A stretch of 63,584 nt of DNA, filler included, from Reticulomyxa filosa (GCA_000512085.1; 16 parts of 16 records of this genome joined end to end with filler, not necessarily neighbours in it); one strand, 5' to 3'. Shown: positions 11,983-28,484, counted from the first letter of the whole stretch. Translations and numbers: made by a program. Notes: generated by a model from the sequence alone, not told the origin.

Positions 11983-12406
11983 ATGAGTAAACTTGAAGAA
12001 ACAAAAGAGACTGTTTTTGAGAATGATTGGGCAATGAAAGTAAATCATTCCAACTTTAAAGTATGTTTACATAAAATACATCATAACTTATATTGTCTGT
12101 TTTTTTTAGAGTTTTCGAGAACAAAATTTTTCTCACATCAAAATAAAGGAAGAATTAGATTGGGTGAAAAAAGAGTATTCAAAAAACTTCAAAAGCCTGT
12201 ATCCACGCAAAGTAAAAATAGTTAAAGAAAAAACAAACGGGTTAACAGTGTCAATAAAGCAATTCAACGTATTGGCAGATGGCCTGAGTGGGTTGTACGA
12301 ACCGGATGATGCAGCAAAAGTTTTTTGTGCCGTTCCAAAGGAGTGTCTAGACTGGAGGTATAGAGGTGCACGTATTTTGGAAGAAATACTTAGATCAGAT
12401 CCTGAT
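11983..12406 (+). CDS. NOCT: Nocturnin/CCR4-like EEP-family phosphatase, N-terminal part
   Basis: IKQFNVLADGLSG..FCAVPKECLDWRYRGARILEEILRSDPD parallels nocturnin QWNILAQAL..CPVEALKWEERKCLILEEILAYQPD. One intron at ~12040-12109. Truncated by spacer. Confidence 0.75.
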
Positions 12407-12506
12407 NNNNNNNNNNNNNNNNNNNNNNNNNNNNNNNNNNNNNNNNNNNNTTAATTAATTAANNNNNNNNNNNNNNNNNNNNNNNNNNNNNNNNNNNNNN
12501 NNNNNN

Positions 12507-14790
12507 TCCGGCCGCACAAGACTGAAAAAGAATATAATAATTGTACCCCCCTTGGATCGCCAGTCCAAACGTCGGACATGGTCGTTATTGGAAATACTAT
12601 CATCACAAGGGCGACGAAAACGGATGGATTTCGTATTTGGAAAGCATCCATGGACAAGATTTATCAAATAAATCCCGAACAACCTTGATTTCGTAGTCGG
12701 GTGGCACCAAGATCCAGTTTATCAATATAAAAGAATAGGAAAACTTGATGATATCACGCAAAGTGGCAACGATCTGAACATTACGGTTTCACAACGGCGG
12801 CAGCAACGGGATTTACCGAAGAAATAGAAGAAGGGGACGTGCACGTTGTTACATATGGCGATCGAGCGAACAACGACATCGGAAGAATCGTTCCATATGC
12901 GAGGGCCCAATTTGGTGGAGTAATGATGCGAAACTCAAACCAAGATCGTCAGCAAACAAGAAGATAAAGAGGAGGAGAAAGAGAACGCCAAGACTCAAGG
13001 GGGGGCCTATACCATGTTGGATTTTTTTTAAAAAAACAAAATCGTTGTCGGCTTTGCTGCGTTTGGTGTGGAATGACTATTCATGCACGCAAGTGGCGAC
13101 TTTGAGCACTTTCATACATGGACTGACTTCACATAATGCGATAATTGGAGCTGCTGGATGAGCGTGACAATGTCAAGCTAAGTGGCAATGATAATATTAT
13201 GATAATGTCAATGAGACGACGAAACGCAGTCTATGTTCTTCATTAGTCGATTGTTGCAAGATACTGGGCTGATGTTATGTGCCAATATTTGCATGCCGTT
13301 TCTGTATTCCAGAGATTTTGGCTCGGTGTGCGCGGAAGGGCTAATGCTACTGCGTCAGTTATTACGAAAAGCAGCAACGCCGTGGCAATCGATAATTGAA
13401 CCGATTCAAAAGTCTCTCCACCATTTGGAGAAACAAGGCAATGAATTCCTTCAATGTGTTGAGCCTTCTGGGTCCTGCTGGATGGATACGTATACAATGT
13501 CAGTGTCAACAGTCGATTGTATCATAATCACTCACTCCTCCTACAGAAGACGTCGCTGTGGATACGAATCGTTCGGTTACCAAAAACCGAATCACTCGGA
13601 TTTGAGAATTGGAAGAATTTGTTATTGACAAGGCTGCCACAAGAAATGATAACGCTATATTGGACGAGCCTTTCAATGTTACTAACTTCTTCCGAGTTCT
13701 TTCAAATTCCGTGGCAATGCCCATCAAGTATCTCATTATTTTGGACGATTTAATGAACTTGATGTTATTGTATGTCATTTATGTGCGCCGGCCCCTTTCA
13801 TGTTATACAGGACATTATAAATTGTATTTGGGTCCATTGCTTGAAAAAGTTTTTATGTACATATATATTTTTTTATGTAAACATCCAATAACTATTATAC
13901 GTATATTTATTATATATATTTATATGTGTTGCTTCAAATTTTTGAATAGATATTTCAAAGTGTACAAACGGAGATGGAAGTACACTACACCAAGTTTTGG
14001 AATGCAGATAGACATGTTGTTGTTACTTACATTGCCATTGGTGCTGCAGAGAGTCCCCAGCAACAACAGCAATAGTGGCAGCAACAGCAACAATATCAGC
14101 AGTATTGATGGTTATTACAGTACATGAATGTAAAAGAAGTGTATCAACATCATGGCCGAATTGCTGCTGATGGAAAGCTAATATATCGAATTATGGAGCC
14201 ACACTACAACATATGCGCCTGTCATTTCTCCAATGAAATTCATTTTGTTCATCATTGAACAAAAATCGATTTTAATGACGGTGTGTATCGAATATGGATT
14301 ATGATATTGCGCTTCGAATGGCGTATAATTTTTTTTTATTAAAAAAAAAGGTCCATATCAAATGTTGTGTGGTACATGATGAATTAAAAGAAAATTGAAC
14401 AATTTAAAAGTTGTGGTGAGCTGATTATATTCATGCTGATGTACGCAACCTATATTCCAAGTTATAGTGTTTTTTTTTTGTGAATGGAAAATATTTGAAA
14501 TATGTATGATCAATACACAAAACATAGATTTCCAAAGAACCCAAAACTTGTATATCGAGCAATTGGAAGTAGTTGCGGTACCAGCAAGCAAGAGCAAAGT
14601 AAAGTTCAAAGTTGGTAGCATTATCGATCTCAAGGTGTTTATTTGCATTTGCTTCAATTTTTGCTCAAAAATTTCTTTTGTGTGAATTGTAGGCTTTGTG
14701 AATTTTTTTAAAATAATAATTCAATGTCCAATTCTCCAGCACACCTGATATGTTTATCGCTTTAAATTTTTCGCAAAAAATTTCTGAGGC
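12507..14790 (+). pseudogene. Decayed multi-exon gene of unknown family, copy A
   Basis: Coding-like sequence broken by many stops and frameshifts, with introns retained. Clear DNA homology to 29830-31448 (-) and 44215-44760 (+). Confidence 0.7.
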
Positions 14791-17657
14791 TGATTTTTTT
14801 TTGAGTTTTGTACTCATTACGACAACATGTTGAAGTAGAAATGGCAAGCTCTTCNNNNNNNNNNNNNNNNNNNNNNNNNNNNNNNNNNNNNNNNNNNNTT
14901 AATTAATTAANNNNNNNNNNNNNNNNNNNNNNNNNNNNNNNNNNNNNNNNNNNNCACAATCATCCATATAGTCCATGCATTTTAGCAATGGACGCCATCT
15001 ATACATGATAGATAATTTGAACCAATGCGCTTATCAGCAAAAAACACTATGGAACCCTTAAAACTCACGTTTTTCTTTGTTACAACGTTCCATTTTGCTT
15101 TTTACAGGGAAAACTTTTTCTCTTCCAAAGAAAAAGTCGAGGTTCATTCCAAAAAAAAAAGTTTAATTTTCAACTGTATGTGGTTAATCCGTTTTTGGAA
15201 TCACAAATGAAATAATATCCAAAAATTTTAACAATTCTTTTTTTCAAGTTATTTTGTCAAAATATTCAAAAAATTGCAACTTTGGCATCTTTTCTATAAG
15301 TATTCATGAGTTGTACATTTACGTCTTGTTGAAAAAAAAGGATTTTTTTTTTTGTTGTTGTTGTCGTAACAACTCGCAATTAGGGCGTTATACGCTCTGT
15401 CCCACTGGTATGTCTTTTTTATTTTTTAATATACTTTTTCAAGTTTAAAAAGTGGTCTTGTTTTTTCAGCTGCTGTCCACTTTGCAAAAAAATGGTTTTG
15501 GGTGCTGTGCATCCTCCAACAAAAGGAAAAAAAAGTAAAAGGGGTAAGGCCCTCCGTCTCCGCAAGGAGAAAGCAAGGTTTGTTATACATATATATGTAT
15601 ATATTTTTTCTTTAACTAATAAAATGATTGTGTTCCAATAACAGCCGTAGCCTGTCTATTCAAAAAAAAAAAGGAGTCCCAATACACTCCAAAAGAAAAA
15701 CTTTGGGGTTGAAGCCGCCCCGCATTAAAAAAAAATAAAAGAGTTTGTATTTTTTTATTTTTATATTTTTATTTTGTATCAAATGTTTGACTGTGTGTGT
15801 TAATAGGCATGCCCCCATCAAAAAAAATAAAATTTGTTCCTCCCCCCTACATGTGACAAAGAAAAAAAAAATATAGAAAAATTGGAATTTGAGCTTTTGG
15901 CTCAACAGACAAAGTATGTTGTTTTTTTTAAAAAATAAAAAAATTCTTTTACTTGGTTTGTTTATAGGAGACGATACAAAGCGAGATGGAAGTTTTTNNN
16001 NNNNNNNNNNNNNNNNNNNNNNNNNNNNNNNNNNNNNNNNNTTAATTAATTAANNNNNNNNNNNNNNNNNNNNNNNNNNNNNNNNNNNNNNNNNNNNATT
16101 GAAAATAAGAAATTTTTAAATTTTTTTGTTTTCATTTTAGGAATCTTCAAGTCACGTAGATACTTTTTAAAAAGATTAGCCTTGTATCATTCGTAGTCTT
16201 TGAGAAAAATCATATTCTTTTATTCCAGTTTATTGCCTCAGTAGTAAAATTTTAATCATTTGGCATACAAAGTGATATATTTTCTGTTTTGCCTTCAATC
16301 ACATCTTTTATATGCAATGTTCAGTTTTCAAAAGGGAACTTTTGTGTAGCTAAAAAACATAAATTCTTTATATTTAAATTAAAAAAAAAATCAAATTGCT
16401 TGGTCAAGACTATACAAAACGAACAGATTAAGATTATGTGCGATAGCATAGTCTCCTACTTTACCACTTGTTTTTTAACCTCTTTTGTTTTAGCTTTAAA
16501 GACTGTAACGCTAAACATGGATCATCACCAAGACTTTCTTATGTTTTTATACATTAGCTGTTTGTGTGTTTTGTGTTGTAATAATATTATATGGAGAAAA
16601 GAAATTGTATTCCAATCCATCATTAAATACATCATTGAAAATCTGCAATGGAAGTAGTTGTGAAGGAAATGAGGTAGTTTATCTCATATCCTTTGCATTG
16701 TTTGTATTTTTTGTTATCTATTATTTTTGGTATGGGCATTTACTGCATTTCATTGGATGCTCTTTACAATAAAATTGTTATGTTAGTAGGATTTTTAATT
16801 GGATATTTTGTTTTACTAGAGAACATAATTAATATATCATATTGAGCTTTTTAAATTTTTTTTAGCATTATTTAATCAAAAGATATCATAAAAGAATGAA
16901 CAGTACACTTATTTTTAATTCCGAGTTTGGCATATAAATTCGTCATTTATTTCTATTAATCGGACAACTTATACATATTTTTCATAGTTATATTTAATTT
17001 CTTTATTTTTTTATTGAGTAAAATAGGATAATCAAAAATTGGATAGGTAATTATGAAAATTAAATATTTATATGCTGATTGGACTGAACAAAACCAATTG
17101 TAGGGTATTTGCGACTTTTTAGTCGAAAAATAGCGAGATATTAGATATACTATCTGGAGCGATTGAACAAGTTTTGTTCGGCTGGACATTGTACATCTTT
17201 GCTATTTCCGTTCTGCTTTTCACAGCAGATGGGATTCCACCGCTATGTTCATTCACATGTTGGACACAATCAATTTTACTGAAATATTTGGCCGACTGCT
17301 TACGAATTAAGCAAATAAAAATGTTTCAAAATATTTTTTAAGCTTCTTTTGATAATTTTATTTTTAAATTTCACTGCTTTTTTCGTGTTTTTTGCTTGAT
17401 GTAATATGGCCTTGTCCTACAAGTAGAGTTACATATATCATAATATATCTCTTGCTTTCTATACTACGAATAAGTTTTAACATTTTTTTTATGCATTAAA
17501 TTTAAACGCATTGCAACAACTCACAAAAGAAATAGTATAATTAAAATGGATTATCAAATTGCAAGCTTTTAAGCTATTCAAAGGTCTAAAATGATAATTG
17601 ACGTCTAGGGGAACGCTTGAAAAACTCGTTACTAGTCTTTAAGGGCCTTCATGTGTA

Positions 17658-19609
<1,952 letters not shown>

Positions 19610-20894
19610 ATGCTTGTCCAAATGTGTTTTGCTCTCTTTTTTTTTTGAGTGAAATACGCCTATTAAAAAAAAAAAAAAAAGACAAACCAAACAAATCAAT
19701 AACAATTCAGAAAAAATAAAAACACATAAAAAAAAANNNNNNNNNNNNNNNNNNNNNNNNNNNNNNNNNNNNNNNNNNNNTTAATTAATTAANNNNNNNN
19801 NNNNNNNNNNNNNNNNNNNNNNNNNNNNNNNNNNNNATCTTTATTTTTCATTGAGAAAATCGATTCTATTCATATAGTGCGATTTAGGTATTGTAGTTTT
19901 TTTTTCAATAATGTGCCGACCAAAACAGTATTTACTTTAACAACTCTTGGTTGCTGTCCTCTAAATGGTTCATTTACTCAATTTTCCAAACGAGTTCACA
20001 ACCAATCAGTTAGTATCTCATCATGAATAGATTGACTATTATTAAATACATAAATATTTTTTTACTAAAAAAAAATTTTAAGTTATACGTTTTTATATAC
20101 AATAACATCATAAAAAAAATATTTTAATCAAATATCATACTTTTTTCTTGCAGCAAATCTGTTGACAAATAACTATTTGTTATAAATGTAGTTTTCATTT
20201 CTATATCGTCATTGCGAAATGTCGTAATAAATCTAAAATCCGCAATTTTTATATTAAAATTTTCATCAAGTAATAGATTATCTAGTTTCAAATATATTTG
20301 CGCAAATAATATGTTGTGAATTGTTATGATCTACTTTCGATAACAACTCTACTGTCAAAATGCTTTTTTTTAGTCTTTCATTTTACCATTATCATCCGCA
20401 AACATTATCTTTAGTACCACTTTTTTTCCTGTCGTTTTGTGAAGACGTTTATTTTTCATTATATAATCATACATCATCACTTTGTATGGAAAACATTAAA
20501 ACCCCTTTTCTTAAAACTTCTATCACAATTTACTATCTTTTTCTCTCTTGTTTTGCTATTGTTATCAATTATCCTTTTTGATTTAATTTACTTGTTTTCC
20601 ATTGAAAGATCGCTCATATAGCCAACACTATCTACATTTTCTTGAAGCTCCCTTTCTTTGGAAAATGCGAGAAATTTTGGTCATTTTTTTGTTCATAATA
20701 TCAACAAGTCAATTTCTTGAAAAAAAAATTTAATTAATCTATTAAAAAACTTAGTGATTTTTTTTGTTGTCTGTATGTTGTTTAAATTCAGATTTTGAAA
20801 ATTCTAGTGCTGCAGTGCAAAACTTTGAACAGTTTTTTACAAACGGGCCCACGAATATAATGTGCCCACGTCAACGTTGTAATCCATCGCTCTA

Positions 20895-21748
20895 GTGGGA
20901 AAAAAAATGAGATTAGCAAAGAGTCTGAACTATCACGTCCATTGGAAAAGGTTGTTGGCAATAGAGAATGAGTTCGAATTTTCTAGAATATTCTCGAGAA
21001 ACAAGCCGGAGTCGGTCTCTGATCTTCAGCAAGAAGGGCTGGCATTATTTGATCTGCAATTAACATGGCATGGAACGTATTATGGAGATGTGATATACCG
21101 AATGCATATGCCAGGATCCCAAAGTCTGCCGTATATCAACACATCCTATTTTGGTCAAGGGAATGTCGTATTATTGCAAAAATGGCAAAAAGAAGAAATA
21201 ACAAATGTAACAAAGCAATCATTGCAACAACTAATAAAAGAGGGTAAATTGATAAGAGGTACAATCGTGGAACGTTCATCACACTACATAGACGTGGCAA
21301 TATCGGCAAGGGCACAAATAGAGCAAGGAAGAGGCGAGTTGCAAGAGGAGGACTACCGAATAACCTTGCGCGACAATGACAACAACACAAAACAGAAATG
21401 GCGAATGGACATTGGACACGACGACACGACGTATACAACAATGGATAATGCTCTAGGTTTATTGTATGAGCCACAAAATCGCGACGCTCCAAGGGAGAAA
21501 AATCGGAATACAATGATCGACTCACGCGATAGAATGAACCCCTTTCTCTCCACCATGATCATTGACTCGTTTGAAAATCCGGAAAAACCCTGGTCGTTTG
21601 AAAAACATAGCAACGAACAAAATGACTCCTCATTTAAAGTGGGTATCCCATCTCAATACCAATCGCGCTATTCGAAGCAAGGGCGAGAAAGCATAGAAGC
21701 GGAGCTATCTCGATTTTTCAGTGATCAAAAAAAAATAATAATGATAAC

Positions 21749-21781
<33 letters not shown>

Positions 21782-23919
21782 GACGGTGTTAACTCATTTC
21801 AACAAGCTGTGTTCCTCAATCCTAGTCAGCTGCAAGCTATTGCATCCACATTTGAAAACTACTGTACATTAGTTCAGGGACCTCCAGGAACGGGAAAAAC
21901 ACAAACAGCCGTAGAATTGATCCACTTGTGGAGACGAACGATTCTCAATCGAGAATACTATTCCATGCAATTTTGTAAATTTTTGGACCAGTCTTGTAAA
22001 TACAACTTTGGTCCCATTTTGGCAACTGCGTATACTAACTCTGGCGTGGATCAGTTGCTCAAGGGACTCATGCAAAAAAATTTGAAGGTGGTTCGTATTG
22101 GATATCCTGCAAGACTATCTTCTCAAGTTTGGTTTATTTATTTTTTCTCCCATTTCCATTGATGTTATTGGTTGTAACTTTCCAAAGGGGGAAATAAAAA
22201 TGAGAGTAGGTGCAAAAGGGGGGAAGGAAAAAAAAAAAGCATGTCCTTTGAAGGGATTTTTTTATCTAAAAAAAAAAAAAACAGTTGCGATCAGTTTGCT
22301 TAGAAGAATACATCCAACGACATCAATACAACGAACAACTGAAAGCCCTAGCAAAAGAAGAACAAAAGGTAAATAAAGCTCTGTTCCATGCCAAGAAAAA
22401 AAAGAAAGATATGCAAACGAAGCTGGGGGAATATGAAAACATGGTGATGACAGTACCTCATATGATGAACTCAAACAATGGTCGAATACGGTTGCCACGC
22501 TGACAAAAAAAAAAAAAGAATGCTTGGAGCACCTGCACACTTTGAGATACGTAGTGATCACAGACATTGTACACAACGCAGACGTACTTTGTTCCACTTG
22601 CATTTCTTTGAAGAGATTGTTAGATCACTTTCGACCTCTCAATACTGATAGCTCCGGATCGAAAAGTTCTAATTTTATCAAAAACTTACGTTTCCCGTTG
22701 ATCGTTATGGACGAGGTACATATTTTTTGTAACACTAACTCTATTCCATCAAATGACCAAAAAAAAAAAAAAAAAAGCATGCTATTTTTTTTTTTTTCCC
22801 CCTTTCGCTCAAGCAAACAAAAAGTTGAAAACACATAGGCTTCCAGTTTGTTTGAACCAGCAGCACTTGTCCCCATTGTCCAAACAACTCCAGACGCACA
22901 TGTTGTTTTGATTGGCGATCAAAAGCAATTACCTCCGACTGTTTTCTCGAAAGAAGCCAAGGATTTAGGCTTGGGCGTTACGTTGTTTGACCGATTCATT
23001 AATCGATTGGATCGACTGTCTTGGCTTTTGTCACCACAATTGTCCCAAACTTTATTGTCGGTGCAGTATCGCATGCATCCCGACATTGCCTACTGGCCAA
23101 ACAAAATTTTTTACAGCGAAAAAGTCAAAAATGGTGACAATGTGGGTCTCTATTCTCCGGTTAAAATCCCAGGATTTACATGGCCTCCAAGGCATGACAA
23201 TAAGAATGACTGCGCAAGGGTGCTGTGGTGTCATGTCACCAATGCTGAAAAACGATCCATCTCGCATTCGTATTGCAATGAACTGGAAGCAACTTTTATC
23301 GCACAAATAATCGCAACTTTAATACGTTTCACGAGAGACACCCCTGCTGAATCCAATCCTGGGACTTCAGATGCGCTCAAGACATCATTGATAATGTTGG
23401 CGTTATTTGTACATACAAAGCGCAAGTGAGTTAAGTCTCTAAGATTTGTTTAGTTTTACTTCCTCAAAAGTAATAATAATAATAATACGTAACGTAAACA
23501 ACAAAAAAAAGGCCCATTTGATTCGAAACATGCTGAAGAGGATTTATGGGGATAGTCATGAATTTATTAACATAAACGAAATAACCATAGATACTGTGGA
23601 TGCATTTCAAGGGCAAGAAAAAACCTTGTGTATTTTGTCATGCGTTAGAAGCAATGACAAAAACGTCATTGGCTTTTTGAATGATCCAAGAAGAATAAAT
23701 GTGGCTTTGACAAGGGCAAGAAAAGGACTAATCATTGTTGGCAATTACAACACTCTTTCTTCTCACAGCCGATTGTGGAAGGACTTAACACATTTCTTTT
23801 TGAAAAATGGACGAATTGTCAAAGTCAAAGAAAAGCGCCATGGAGAAGATAATTTTACCACTGAATTATTTACTCCACTGACAAAGACCAACAATGATTT
23901 AGCGTTGCCCCGTTTGTAA
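20895..23919 (+). CDS. Upf1/IGHMBP2-like superfamily-1 helicase (DNA2/NAM7 family)
   Basis: LNPSQLQAI, VQGPPGTGKT, AYTNSGVD, MDEAS, IGDQKQLPP, QYRMHPDI, NVGVICTYKAQ, TVDAFQGQEK, RRINVALTRAR. Introns 21721-21806, 22127-22284, 22716-22838, ~23426-23511. -1 shifts near 22436 and 23350-23380. True start uncertain. Confidence 0.9.
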
Positions 23920-24130
23920 AGAGATTTTTCTCATTATTACTTATTTGTTTTAAATTAACTCTTGGAAGAACTGGAACACAATAACAAATTGGACAATCCA
24001 ACACTTTGGCTTATGAAATTTTTTTTGATTTAAATTTACACTGGATTCGCTATACCATTTGAGTAAAGAGACGCAATAGTAAATGGAAGAAAAAAGCAAA
24101 ATCTTATTGAAAAACAAAGAAAAAATGTAA

Positions 24131-25009
24131 TTAGTGTTCATCTTTCAACAAAGATTGCCCTTTTTCGCCTTTAAGATGATCTCTTTTGCTTACATTCCCC
24201 CTATGCTTTACACCGTTCATGTAGCCCCATATTAGCACAATAGCGGCCATCAATACCCCAACTCCCAACAAAATCATGGTCATCTCAACAATACTTAATT
24301 TATCACTACCACCACTGCTGTTTTCAGTACTGGTTCCATTCATATTCAATGTTCCCGATTGTGCATCATTGTCTAGATGTTGGTTCAGCTGTGGATTGAC
24401 TCCGAAAGCAAAAATGACCGGAATTCTTGTTTGGTCAAAAGAAAATGAATAATATCGAGAATCATCAATCGTCATATTTCTTGTTATTACAACTTTGCGA
24501 ATGTTGTCAACAACAATATTTGAGACCACGGTTATTGTTGAAGGTAGTGTTTCACCGGGATCATGATTACCCAATAATTGTTCAAAAATTGGATTCGAAT
24601 CGGTTGCTTGAATTATTATTGCGTACGTATTAGCCTATTTTTAAAGAGTTTGTGCATATTTTTTTTCATTTGTGCACGGTAACAGAAAAATAAACACCCC
24701 AAATATTTTCGTTTATTTTATTTTGCTCAAAGCATTTAAATCGTCAACCATCTTTGACATTCTGACAACTATGGTTTGACACAACAAAATTACAAGAACA
24801 AAAGTTACCATAGTGGTATGCCCAAATCCAATTCCATACCAAACATCAGAAGAACCAAAATAAGTAATTTCTACAGTGTTGCTGCTTGACACAAACGTAA
24901 CCGAGACTTTTTGGTTGTTTGAAGAAAATAATGTCATGTTGGAACTCAAATCCGCAGAAGAGAGACTACAGAGAAGAAAAAATAATGAAAACGCAAAAAC
25001 CGGATTCAT
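24131..25009 (-). CDS. Type I membrane protein with DOMON-like domain
   Basis: Signal peptide MNPVFAFSLFFLLCSLSSA; DOMON-like WYGIGFG..M|ANTYAII, VVITRNM, PVIFAFG..H; single C-terminal TM helix. Exons 25009-24809 and 24634-24131. Confidence 0.7.
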
Positions 25010-25380
25010 CTTCCAACAATTTACTAGATGAAGGAGGAATGCGCTGCTTTTTTTACTCAAAGAATTTCCTTCCTAAATTAGCAATAAATTTTTAAAGATG
25101 CTGACCAAAAAATGTCCAATCCACCATTTTCATTAAAAAATAAATGTGAAGATGCGTTTGATGACAAACTTTTAAAAAGGTATTCAATTAGTTTCCAACA
25201 CAAACATAAAAATGGGCAATCAGACCGAAAAAAGAGAGGCAAAGGAAAAAAACATTGATACGTGAAAAACAAAAAAATACACATGCAAAAAACCTCACAA
25301 TTTAAAATAAACACACAAATGAAAAAATTAAAAAAATATTTCCTAAAGAGTCTTAGGGGAACACAATAAGTGGCACAATA

Positions 25381-28145
25381 TTAGCTCGAATTCTTGGTTT
25401 TATTACTCTTTTTTGAAGAAGGCAAAGACTGTACATTTGTTTTCGGTTTTTCTTTTTCCAAAGGTGTTCGAGGCATTTCAACGACATCAGGTCGCATGCT
25501 TTCTGGTAAAGCACTAACATGTAGTCGGACTTGAGACCCATATTTTTCATTCCATTCCGAATATTGCATCATCGACTTTTCCGGGACAGAAGGCCTGACA
25601 TTTTCCAAGGATTTCATGAAATGGCGTTTAGAAATAGGTGGAATATCTTCTTGCGAAGTGTGCATAATGTCTGCTCCCAATTCACGTACGGGACCCATAG
25701 CCGCATCCTTACACAACAACGTCAAATCACTGAATGAGTATCCTTCTGTTTTTGAAACCACTTCTTTCATTTCCCAAGGTGTCAGTTCGCACGATTGTTT
25801 TTTCATCAGACTCTGGAGTAAGGAATACTTGGTTTCTTCATCTGGTAATGGGACCATGATTCGTTTGGAAAACCTTCGCAACACTGCATCGTCCAATTGA
25901 TGGGGTAAATTTGTCGCACCAATTACCAGCATACGCGCTTCTGACTCGCAAGCCTTGTGCACCCCGTCAAATTGGATTAAAAACTCGGTTTTGAGCCGTC
26001 GAGATGACTCTGCCTCATTCTGTCCACCTCGTGTGGTGAGCAATGAATCAATTTCGTCAATAAATATTATCGACGGCGCCTTTTCGCGGGCAATACTAAA
26101 TAGAGTCCGCATTATACGTTCCGCATCACCGACAAACTTGCTTGTGATCGACGAGGCACTAATACTGAAAAATGTAGCCTTGCATTCTGTCGCCACGCAT
26201 TTGGCGATCATTGTTTTACCATTACCTGTATTAATTTTGTTTTATTTGTTTGTATTGATTGATTTCATTTCAATAATGCTATGTGCAAAAGCAACATATA
26301 TGTATGTATATGTCATTCTACTTGTCCCTCTAACCAGGCGGGCCAAAGAGAAGCAATCCCGCAGTTGGACTTCTTAATCCGGTGAATATTTCAGGTCTCA
26401 GTTGTGGTAAGATAACACTTTCGTAAAGTACGAGTTTGACTCCGGTAAGACCTTGAACATCTTTGAAAGAGACCCCTGGCGCTTGATCAATGATTTCGGC
26501 TTCAATTCGTGCACGAAACTCTTCATCTTGTTTGCTCAACAGCCCTTTGTTCTTGTCCTGCTCATTGTCTTTTTCGTCCTCCAGCTTAGTTTCATTTGGC
26601 TCTGTTCGTTTGTGGTCTGTCAATTTTCGAGCAGAGTTCATTGACACGGGATTCACACTATTGCGACGACTGACGCTTACACTTGCGCTTGCATCTATGT
26701 CGCACATACATACACACAAATGTGAGTTTGCAATTTGGACAATATGTTTGTTATTTAGCAAAACTGGGGTTCCCCACAACATTTTTCGTCAACACCATTG
26801 ATCTTCTGCCATTAACTGCACGACCTCGGTCTGCAACTGATGAGGATCGAGTTGGGTCGTCATTTCTTTCGTCGGTGGATGCCAAGTTCTCCTCTGTCGG
26901 TGCCTTGCGATCATTGGACCGCCTTCGACTCGTTGCTTGGCGTCTCCCTTCCATCTTGGCTTGATCAGTCACAAATCTTCGTCGCAGAATTTGAGCTTTT
27001 CTCTCGCACGCAGAAATGTGTTCACGCACTTGCTTTTTAATGTGCGCGTTGATTTCCACATGTTTAATCGATTCATTCATCGTATTTGCAGCTTCTTGAT
27101 ACAACTGTGTTTCACATAACACCAAGAGGAAAAGAATAGAATTTTCCTTATATTTCCAGCCTTTTTTTGCCTTTGACTCAACTGCAACAGCATCACCAAT
27201 TTCTCCATTCCTTTCTGCAGATTCTGCCTCTTCCATTAAAGGATACCCATCTAACTGCTGAAATACGGCCAACACATCAGGTTCAATCTCTTCCTTTGGT
27301 GCATTGGAAAGTGCTTTTTCTTTTATTTGTGCAATTTGACTCTTCGTGCTGGCTTCTTTTTGTGGCGATGGAGCATCGTACGCCTCTTCTTTCTTCTTCA
27401 ATGCGCTTTCGGATGCGAGTGTCACCTCACTTTCGTTTGCTTGGGATGTCAGTTTCGCTTTCGACTTTTGCGAGCTGTCTTTGCTATTGTCAGAGCGTGT
27501 AGTCGGCATGGGCATCATACTGCTGTGGCGTTTTATGGTTTGGTCGCTGCTTTTGCGATGCAGTTCCAAAGACGGCGCGCCGGAAGAAAGCAAGGAAGGT
27601 GAAAGTGAAGACGAAGGGGAGTGAGACGAGCGTGCAGTTTTGATTTCTCTCGGTTCAACATTACAAGAAGAGACTTTGGTTAGGACCTTTTTTTTTTTTT
27701 TTTTGGAATGAGAAGAAAGGAGGGGTCGGGGTCGGGAAGGGAAAAAAAACTCATTTTGAAACATAATAACAAAAAATTGAAGTTGCATTTATATATGCAT
27801 ATACATATATATATATATATATATAATATATATATGCCCAACTGGTGCTGCCATAGGTGAAGGCAGATCAGACGTCGTTTTTTTGCTCCTTTCGCAAATG
27901 AGTTGCACTTCACACGGTAAAAATTCCTTTTCTAACAATTGCAAGATTGTGTTATGTTGGAGATCTCTGCATTTGTTCCCATTAATGGACAATATGCGCG
28001 AGCCGAGACGACACGGCTGTGCGCTCTTGTTTTCAACGACAACCGCTCCGATCTGTCCTTTCTTCTCATGCGGGGCCAAGACTAGGCCAAAGGGTCGCTT
28101 TTCAAAGACCATCGAAAATATTTTTCCGATCGGCGCAAATCCATC

Positions 28146-28179
<34 letters not shown>

Positions 28180-28484
28180 AGGGGAAAAATACCACGCGGC
28201 CACATATTAACATATGCAATAACATGTTGAAAGTGAGGCACGAAAACTATAGAATAGAATATGCGCAACTTCATCGCATTCCAAATGCTTTATTTCTCTT
28301 AATTGGGACAATGATTTCGCATTTGAAAAAATAGGTTGACTTTGTCTCTTTCCCTGTCGCTGTCCAACAGTCCAACAGTCCAACAAACAATACATTATAT
28401 TTTCGTGTGTGTTTGTTCGTTTGTTTATATACCTTGACTTTATTTTGACATTGTCCCAAAGCTCCACCGTTTGCGGACAAAGAG
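25381..28484 (-). CDS. SPAST: Spastin/fidgetin-like microtubule-severing AAA ATPase with MIT domain and upstream PDZ-like domain (5' end missing)
   Basis: [26 protein letters not shown]|[46 protein letters not shown]-like [16 protein letters not shown]|LYQEAA. PDZ-like [19 protein letters not shown]. Exons splice in frame. Confidence 0.85.

Noticed and set aside
15360-15740. Short spliced-looking Lys/Arg-rich frame resembling a ribosomal protein
   Set aside because: No consistent match to any ribosomal protein in any frame; short, homopolymer-rich contig.
19610-19736. T-run/A-run hairpin after the TrxR stop as a SECIS
   Set aside because: Lacks the non-Watson-Crick quartet and apical AA geometry; looks like the generic intronic T/A tracts.
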